Under the pieces are notes generated by a model. It was not told where the DNA came from, made no database searches, and saw only the letters and a list, made by a program, of their open reading frames with translations. A stretch of 64,000 nucleotides of DNA from an uncultured Candidatus Nitrosopelagicus sp. GTDB lineage: Archaea; Thermoproteota; Nitrososphaeria; Nitrososphaerales; Nitrosopumilaceae. Every line of letters starts with the position of its first letter. The first letter of the stretch is position 1. Positions 57,592 through 64,000 of the stretch are shown piece by piece. The translations under genes were made by a program, and so were the position numbers. The stretch is taken from assembly GCA_964455405.1 (NCBI GenBank), contig CAYVWD010000055.1, positions 1,171-65,170 of the forward strand, read 5' to 3'.

Positions 57592-59448
57592 TTACGAAAT
57601 CTTACACGCACTCCATCCACAAGTCTTACATGTTTCACATCCACTCTCTTGAATAATCATAGGATTCGCACATCCACACTCAGCCTCTAAGTCAAATAAC
57701 GACAATTGTTTATTGGCTCGATGCCCATTTACCAACACTTCCTTATTGCGACTCCCATTCCTATACACAGTAATTCCCTTACAACCATTCTGCCACGCCA
57801 TTAAATATGAATCTTGCACATCCTCAACAGAAGCATCAGAAGAAAAATTAATAGTTTTAGAAATACCCGAATCTACATGTTGCTGGAACGTGGCTTGCAT
57901 TAATACATGAGCTTCAGGACTAATTTCAGGAGCTGTAACATACACATTCTTTACCCAATTAGGTACCTCAGGTCTATCCTTTAACAGTCCCCCCTCTGAT
58001 AAATAAGTCATTAATGCCTCAGAATAAAACCCATGTTCTTTTGCATCTTTTTCAAATTGTTCATTAGCGTAATACAAAGTCTGGCCTTCTAGGATATTCT
58101 GTTTCCTCCACGCCAATGCAAAAAGAGGCTCAATCCCACTAGCACACCCAGCAATCATAGAAATAGTTCCAGTAGGAGCAACCGTTAAACGGCAAGCATT
58201 ACGAAAATTTTCATGTACTTTATAATGACTCTCTTCCCATGCAGGGAAAGCCCCTCTAATAGCCCCCAACGCCAAAGATTCAGCCGAAGCAATAGTATTA
58301 ACTAATTGCATAACCTCATCCCCAACTTCCCTAGCCAAAGTGGAATTATAGGGAACACGTAATTTAACCAGTAAATCAGCAAATCCCATCACGCCCAAAC
58401 CAATCTTACGAGTAGCTTTGGTCATCTTAGCAATTTCTGGAATACTGTAATCATTGGCATCAATAACATTATCTAAAAAGCGGACAGCTGTACGAATAAC
58501 ACGCATTAACGCTTCCCAATCAATACTATTCTTCCAACCCCCACTCCCATCTATAAAGAACTTGGACAAATTAATAGACCCTAAATTGCAACTTTCATAG
58601 CCTAACAAGGGTTGTTCCCCACATGGATTAGTTGCAATCATATCCCCATACTTATCTCTAACTTTATTATCATCATTAATTCTATCTATAAAAACCATAC
58701 CCGGTTCTCCATTTCTCCACGCCCCATCAATAATATCGTTAAATAATTCTCTCGCAGACTCCCAACACACAACCTCGTCTGAGTTAGGGTCTATTAATGG
58801 ATGATACCCACCTTCAATAACCTTCTGCATAAAAGCATTATCTACCGCCACAGAAATATTGAAATTGTGGATATCTCCTTCCACATGCTTGCATTCAATA
58901 AATTCTCTAATGTCAGGATGGTATACGGACATTACAGCCATGTTTGCCCCATCTCTCTTACCCCCCTGAGTTATCATACTAGAAATACGAGAAAGGGTTT
59001 TTAGAACTTCAATAGGCCCACAAGCCTTCCCATGTGTTGTCTCAATTCTAGAACCTCTAGGCCGAATTTTAGATAACGCAAAACCTGTGCCACCACCGAA
59101 TTTCTGCACCATTGCAGCATCCGTAGCTGATTTCATAATGCCTTCCATACTGTCTTCTAAAGGTAATACAAAGCAAGCACTTAAAGTACCCTCTTCGGTT
59201 CCAGCATTCATTAATGTAGGTGAATTTGGTAAGAATTCTAAATTATACATCATGTTAAAAAAGTCTTCTTCTAATTGAAGTACGTCTTTCGGCAAAGTTT
59301 CATATTGATGTTCAACCTGTGCCAAAGCATGAGCCACCCGTCTAAAAAGACCAATGGTATCTTCTAAAGGATTCCCTTCCTTATCTTTTAAGTAGTACCG
59401 ATGTGCCAAAATAGTCTCAGCCTGTTCAGAAATATGTGTTGCTAACAA
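57592..59448 (-). CDS. nrdJ: Class II (adenosylcobalamin-dependent) ribonucleotide reductase
   Basis: PNSPTLMNAG, LSACFV, TNPCGEQPL, VAPTGTIS, KGITVYR and C-terminal ESGC..C..CGWS.C; no nrdB in the window. Confidence 0.9.
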   Translation of the reverse strand: MLATHISEQAETILAHRYYLKDKEGNPLEDTIGLFRRVAHALAQVEHQYETLPKDVLQLEEDFFNMMYNLEFLPNSPTLMNAGTEEGTLSACFVLPLEDSMEGIMKSATDAAMVQKFGGGTGFALSKIRPRGSRIETTHGKACGPIEVLKTLSRISSMITQGGKRDGANMAVMSVYHPDIREFIECKHVEGDIHNFNISVAVDNAFMQKVIEGGYHPLIDPNSDEVVCWESARELFNDIIDGAWRNGEPGMVFIDRINDDNKVRDKYGDMIATNPCGEQPLLGYESCNLGSINLSKFFIDGSGGWKNSIDWEALMRVIRTAVRFLDNVIDANDYSIPEIAKMTKATRKIGLGVMGFADLLVKLRVPYNSTLAREVGDEVMQLVNTIASAESLALGAIRGAFPAWEESHYKVHENFRNACRLTVAPTGTISMIAGCASGIEPLFALAWRKQNILEGQTLYYANEQFEKDAKEHGFYSEALMTYLSEGGLLKDRPEVPNWVKNVYVTAPEISPEAHVLMQATFQQHVDSGISKTINFSSDASVEDVQDSYLMAWQNGCKGITVYRNGSRNKEVLVNGHRANKQLSLFDLEAECGCANPMIIQESGCETCKTCGWSACKIS

Positions 59449-59454
59449 TTCTTT

Positions 59455-61137
59455 TTACCCCCTATGTCCACAAAATATGCAAAGTTTTCTTTCTGGTACC
59501 CAAAATTCATGCTTACAAGCAAATTCCTGACAATTAGGATTTGGTTTGTCTGCCATTGTTAATTCAGGATTTGTTGTCCTCCCAAAATCAAATTTAATAT
59601 TTCCGGGAAACCACATTTCCTGAGGGTCTTCACCCATCTCATTAACATCAGCTAATGCTTGCTCTCCTGACCTAGAGGCCATATCAGGCTCAATTATTTC
59701 AAACAAGTTCCCCACATCGGTAACCCCATGAATTTCACTTTCATGCAAAGCTAATAAAGCCATTGCAATAGAAAAGAAGGCATCTCCATGTCCTTGTGGA
59801 GTTTCAGGAGCTTTTAACTCATTATTCACTGACAGAATTTGTCCTGTCTGTCTAGCATCCCTAAAAAGTTTTAAGCGTCCAGAATGCACATACTCTTCAA
59901 AAATTTGAGCCATCGTATTCTTAGATTTAAGGGTAAAGGACATGGGCCACCAGACACTATCCAATCCCCTATCTTCTAGTTCCCCCCTTGTATTATCTAT
60001 ATATCCTTTTTCAATATCAAAATTATCCACAATCTCATTCAGATATTCTATTTGAGCCGTATAATTCCAACCGTCTAACCATGATTGATGTACTTGAATT
60101 ACAGAATTTCCTTCCTTCTTAAAGATAACCAAATGAGAAGGGTGTCGCTTCTTACCTACGTCAAATCCTGCATAAAGTCTTGCGTTTTCAGGCTTATGGT
60201 ATTTCCTATGAGCCGAAAAGTTTCGTACATTCTCATCCTCACAATTAGTAATATCTGTCTCCTCAAAATATGATTCTGTTGTAAAGTGGGGTTGCAGTAA
60301 AAACTCTGAAGCAAATGATTTAGGTCTAGCTCTTTGTTGTTGTAGCAACCACTCTTCACTATATAACTCAGGCATTAATACTCTACGTCCCGGAACAGGG
60401 TCAAGAGCTGGTAATACCCTACTAAAGAATCTATCATCTTCTTGCAACTTTGTCAACAAGTCACCCGGCATCATTGGCGTACCTAATACAATAATGGGAA
60501 CGCCCTTTAAAGGAATAAACATACTCTCTGTTAAGAAATGGTCTTCTACCTTAGTAACCTGTCCAATATTCAAGGGATTCTCAGGGTCACGCAAAACGTC
60601 ATCTGCAATCAATGCTCCATTAACATGCATACCCCGTTTAAATGAAAAAAGACCGCCATGTCTTATATCCATAGGTTTCTTATTAATATAATAACGAGCA
60701 GAAAAATCCGCTTTGGGAGAACGATTTACCATCCACTCAGTTAAAATAGGATTCCTAGAAATGGTTTTATTAATTTCAGAGATATGATATTTCGCCATTG
60801 AATCACTATAAGATAGATACAGTACCGCAGCATCTCTAGGGGATTTTAACAACCGCCACACACTGAAAGCATGCCCAAGCAAAGTACTCTTAAAATGGAA
60901 GCGAGGAAGCACCGCACAATAATTTAACCCACTCTCCAAACAATGCTCAATGTCTTCAGCCACCTGAGCCACATGCCACGCATTAAAATATTCTGGATGC
61001 TCAAAACTTAAAGCCCACACATTAACGAGAAAGTTATGGAAACTGCCCACCTCCAGAGTAGACTTACTGGCTGTTAATCCCTCTGATAATCTATCGAAAG
61101 CATCTGAAAATGTGGTAACCTTAGGTTCTGTTGTCAT
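59455..61137 (-). CDS. terL: Terminase large subunit
   Basis: PRFHFKST (Walker A-like), LIADD, VLGTP, FASEF, AGFDVG and HGDAFFS. Confidence 0.88.
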   Translation of the reverse strand: MTTEPKVTTFSDAFDRLSEGLTASKSTLEVGSFHNFLVNVWALSFEHPEYFNAWHVAQVAEDIEHCLESGLNYCAVLPRFHFKSTLLGHAFSVWRLLKSPRDAAVLYLSYSDSMAKYHISEINKTISRNPILTEWMVNRSPKADFSARYYINKKPMDIRHGGLFSFKRGMHVNGALIADDVLRDPENPLNIGQVTKVEDHFLTESMFIPLKGVPIIVLGTPMMPGDLLTKLQEDDRFFSRVLPALDPVPGRRVLMPELYSEEWLLQQQRARPKSFASEFLLQPHFTTESYFEETDITNCEDENVRNFSAHRKYHKPENARLYAGFDVGKKRHPSHLVIFKKEGNSVIQVHQSWLDGWNYTAQIEYLNEIVDNFDIEKGYIDNTRGELEDRGLDSVWWPMSFTLKSKNTMAQIFEEYVHSGRLKLFRDARQTGQILSVNNELKAPETPQGHGDAFFSIAMALLALHESEIHGVTDVGNLFEIIEPDMASRSGEQALADVNEMGEDPQEMWFPGNIKFDFGRTTNPELTMADKPNPNCQEFACKHEFWVPERKLCIFCGHRG

Positions 61138-61640
61138 AGTATTGAATTCTCCTCTGCATGAATAAGGCCCTTAAGTTTAACCGCTACTCTACGTAGAACC
61201 TCTTCATCTGTAATTTCATCTACCAATACTGCTAACACACTCTGCACAAACTGGAGATTAATAAGTCCCTCCATTACCTGTCGTTCCCCCCTAATCCCCA
61301 AATCCAAAGCTTTAGCAGCATCAGAAGCCCTATCAAATTGTAATAAATCTAATTCGTGGGATGCCTTATGACGTAATTTACCATAGTCATCCCAATGTTC
61401 TTGTTGGATACGATTGATGCGTTGTCCTTCAGTTTCTTGAATATTCGCCAAAGCATTAGCATAATGTTCTTTTTTCTTCAAATCCCAATCGTCCTGCTTA
61501 ATCCATGCATATACAGTAGACTGAGTTACATCATTACTAAATTCAGTTCTTAAAGACTCTGCAATATCTTTAGAGGAGTGGCCCTGTAAGTATAACTCCA
61601 AGGCCCTCTCCTTTACGTCTAACGGAAATGTTTTAGGCAT
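61134..61640 (-). CDS. Terminase small subunit (HTH)
   Basis: ALELYLQG.S..DIA...STVYAWIK...W; directly upstream of terL. Confidence 0.7.
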   Translation of the reverse strand: MPKTFPLDVKERALELYLQGHSSKDIAESLRTEFSNDVTQSTVYAWIKQDDWDLKKKEHYANALANIQETEGQRINRIQQEHWDDYGKLRHKASHELDLLQFDRASDAAKALDLGIRGERQVMEGLINLQFVQSVLAVLVDEITDEEVLRRVAVKLKGLIHAEENSIL

Positions 61641-61648
61641 AACCTCTC

Positions 61649-62137
61649 CTACACATTATATTCTTTAATATTGGGTTTTACAATACCTCTACGTGGAGCT
61701 TTATCTGACCTATCCCACCTATCGGGAATTTCAAAACTCGCATCAGAAGGATGTTGAGAATCTATATTACCACCATAAGGTGTACCATCAGATTGAAGTA
61801 GTCCAGCAAAGTCCATATGCCCTGTTTTACGTACAGCAGAAGTAAAGCACTCTGGTTTATCCCCATTATATTTAACCCCTATCTCCCCCCTTGTACACAA
61901 CCCTCTCCACACGCCCGCATCTTTTCCTAATGGTTGATAACCTCGCTTATTTAAAAGCTTACCAGTAGTTCGTTGAGTATCTGACTCCTGCACATTATAT
62001 TTACAACCAAAATAATCACACCACACCACTACCCCATATTTCTCCCTAAATTCTTCAGCCGTCATACCTTTAGGTATTTTATCTTTATACTCCGCACTTA
62101 CGTCAGTCTGCCCTTTCATATAAAATGTTAAACTCAT
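61649..62137 (-). CDS. Hypothetical Cys-containing protein
   Basis: CDYFGCKYN...LCT...C. Confidence 0.55.
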   Translation of the reverse strand: MSLTFYMKGQTDVSAEYKDKIPKGMTAEEFREKYGVVVWCDYFGCKYNVQESDTQRTTGKLLNKRGYQPLGKDAGVWRGLCTRGEIGVKYNGDKPECFTSAVRKTGHMDFAGLLQSDGTPYGGNIDSQHPSDASFEIPDRWDRSDKAPRRGIVKPNIKEYNV

Positions 62138-62625
62138 ATATCCTCTCCTAATTCATTATATCTACCCCACAAAGCTACACATGCTGCATCAGCCCAATCT
62201 TGCTCCTTAAAATCTGCTTTCCAAAAAATCTGAGCAAACTCAGCAATTTGTTTCTTTGATACATTTCCTCGCTCTAAAACATATTTCTTCCACTTAGTAT
62301 TTTCAATTAAATCTGGAGTCAACTCTTGTAAATAACAAGCAAAGTATACTGCATAAATAACAGCAGACAATTGAATAGTCGTTCTAGGATTTTGAATAAA
62401 TAACGGAGCTTCTATAGCCACCGTTAAATCAGAATATGTATGTTTTATTTTACCTAAATCTTCCAAAAAACTTTTAGAATTTGCGAGGAATCTGGTATGA
62501 AAATCAGAAGATGGGGAACTCCATTTGAATTTTTCTATGAAAATGCCTTCATCATCTATAATCACACCATGTATTGCTTTAGTTGAACAGTCCAGCCCTA
62601 AAAAATAACGCTTATCCATACGCAC
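62134..62625 (-). CDS. RuvC-like Holliday junction resolvase
   Basis: LGLDCS, VAIEAP, WKK..L..GN..K and D.ADA..VAL. Confidence 0.8.
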   Translation of the reverse strand: MRMDKRYFLGLDCSTKAIHGVIIDDEGIFIEKFKWSSPSSDFHTRFLANSKSFLEDLGKIKHTYSDLTVAIEAPLFIQNPRTTIQLSAVIYAVYFACYLQELTPDLIENTKWKKYVLERGNVSKKQIAEFAQIFWKADFKEQDWADAACVALWGRYNELGEDI

Positions 62626-63121
62626 TAATGGGAGATGTTCTCAAAGCTACTACCCTAGATACTGCATTAAATGCAGATGTGTAAGCAGTTAATAGCCCTT
62701 TAACTTTAGTGTGAAGAACTTCCTGCTCAATTACTGACTGCTTCAATTCCCATAGTTCAGGAAATTCTTCTAGAACAGCTCCTCGTACCTCCTCTCTAGT
62801 TAATTTCTTTTTGCCCTCATCCTCTCTACCAGAATTAACCCTATAACTTGCTTTAGCATACCCCTCATCAAAATAGGATTCTAATGCAGTTTTTTTCGCT
62901 TCCACATCTGCTACCTGACATTCTAAATATGCTTTGTATCCTCCATAAACAGATAGAAATTCCTCTAACGCTCGTCTATCTGCATCCATTAAATTTGCAA
63001 AATCTAACGAGGGTTCAGCATCCAAGTTCATAGTAAATCGTGGAACTACTAAATCTGCTAAATACTCCTCAGCCTTTCCCAACACTTTACTTGTAATACC
63101 TTTTTCCATATTACCCTCCAT
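62612..63121 (-). CDS. Helical protein, possibly a UvsY-like recombination mediator
   Basis: Size, helical character and position between nucleases; weak evidence. Confidence 0.4.
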   Translation of the reverse strand: MEGNMEKGITSKVLGKAEEYLADLVVPRFTMNLDAEPSLDFANLMDADRRALEEFLSVYGGYKAYLECQVADVEAKKTALESYFDEGYAKASYRVNSGREDEGKKKLTREEVRGAVLEEFPELWELKQSVIEQEVLHTKVKGLLTAYTSAFNAVSRVVALRTSPISAYG

Positions 63122-63794
63122 AATTTCGACAATTACACCACTGAGGCCCTGTACATCGTGATGGTGGTTCCAACATCGACATTACATCTGAACACTTCTT
63201 CTTAATCTGTGCCCAAATATCTTGGTCTGGAAGCATTCCAAACGCTTTTAACTTCTGGTTATTCTTATTTTCATATAATACCACACCATAAGGCAACTCC
63301 AGTACATGCAAATAAATTTGTAGTTGCACAGTATGTTCCCTCTTAGGTCTAGTCTTTAATGCTTCAAAACCCTTATCATTAATGGACTTTAACTCTAACC
63401 CAATCTTATCATAATCTTGATGTTTAAGTAAAAAGTCTGCCCTACCAGAAATGGGTGGGCTGTCAGATTTAGCTTCTACTTCTCTATCTAATAAGATGCC
63501 CATCTTTTCAAAGTATGACTCCATTCGTTGTTCTAAAAAATTACCATTATCAAAAATTCTCTGTAGATTATCATCAATAACCTGTTCAGGAAGCAAACCA
63601 TTATATGCTAAGTAAAGTAACCGCATACAATAACTACCCAACATAGATGGGTAAAATACTCCCTCTCTATTCTTTCTCTGTGGCCCCCCTAAAGAATTCT
63701 CTAAGGACTTAATTAACCAAACTTCCTCAGAGAACGTCTTAGGGCTACTCATATCTTTACCTCTTAATTCGGAAAGTTTTCTAATGCCCGACAT
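63111..63794 (-). CDS. Cas4-like PD-(D/E)XK exonuclease
   Basis: YPS.LG..C.R, GRAD, ELKS, QLQIY and C-terminal C...WC.C. Confidence 0.8.
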   Translation of the reverse strand: MSGIRKLSELRGKDMSSPKTFSEEVWLIKSLENSLGGPQRKNREGVFYPSMLGSYCMRLLYLAYNGLLPEQVIDDNLQRIFDNGNFLEQRMESYFEKMGILLDREVEAKSDSPPISGRADFLLKHQDYDKIGLELKSINDKGFEALKTRPKREHTVQLQIYLHVLELPYGVVLYENKNNQKLKAFGMLPDQDIWAQIKKKCSDVMSMLEPPSRCTGPQWCNCRNYGG

Positions 63795-64000
63795 AATGTA
63801 TCTTTTACTCCTTCTTTAGTGCTCTCTTTGATATGTAGAATATCAGAGATGCCATAAATACGCATCAATTCTGAATCTCGATACGTGTCTCTTTTACGTA
63901 AGTGTCCATATACTCCATCAGCTTCAATGACCAACCCCAATTCAGGAACAAAGAAATCAACTGTGTAAGATTGAATGGGCACTTGCTGGTCATACCGCAG
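63764..64000 (-). CDS. DUF559/Vsr-like endonuclease, 5' end outside the window
   Basis: Y.VDFF...LVIEADG.YGH....D..RD..L. Confidence 0.75.
   Translation of the reverse strand: MRYDQQVPIQSYTVDFFVPELGLVIEADGVYGHLRKRDTYRDSELMRIYGISDILHIKESTKEGVKDTLCRALENFPN

Noticed and set aside
452-60691. Numerous plus-strand ORFs in the track other than the HNH gene
   Set aside because: They are antisense shadows of long minus-strand genes with no motifs or SD support
63111-63794. Cas4 as evidence of a CRISPR-Cas locus
   Set aside because: Solo Cas4-like nucleases are common in phage recombination modules; no cas1/cas2 or array in the window

Overview
This window is a 64 kb segment of a large lytic-type tailed phage (Caudoviricetes, HK97-type head). 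Nearly all genes are on the minus strand. In transcription order (64000 to 1) it carries: recombination/nuclease genes (DUF559-like, Cas4-like, RuvC-like); terminase small and large subunits; a class II ribonucleotide reductase; portal; dCMP deaminase; scaffold; major capsid protein; a greatly extended prohead protease; low-complexity candidate head proteins; ThyX; and a cluster of membrane and lipoprotein genes. A lone plus-strand HNH gene follows, then a ~16 kb block of small early-type genes. That block is driven by six copies of a 44-bp promoter with a duplicated -35-like box and ends in a repeat-rich region (~20-22 kb). After it come a trypsin-like protease, a 3579-aa giant protein and tail fibre-like genes. 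A second motif, TAGTATAATA, precedes several structural or late-type genes. Strong Shine-Dalgarno sites, sigma70-type promoters and a sigma70 region-4 protein point to a bacterial host. Lipoprotein style suggests Chloroflexota, but this is inference only. No tRNA, rRNA, CRISPR array or integrase was seen. All assignments are by eye from motifs; no database searches were run.
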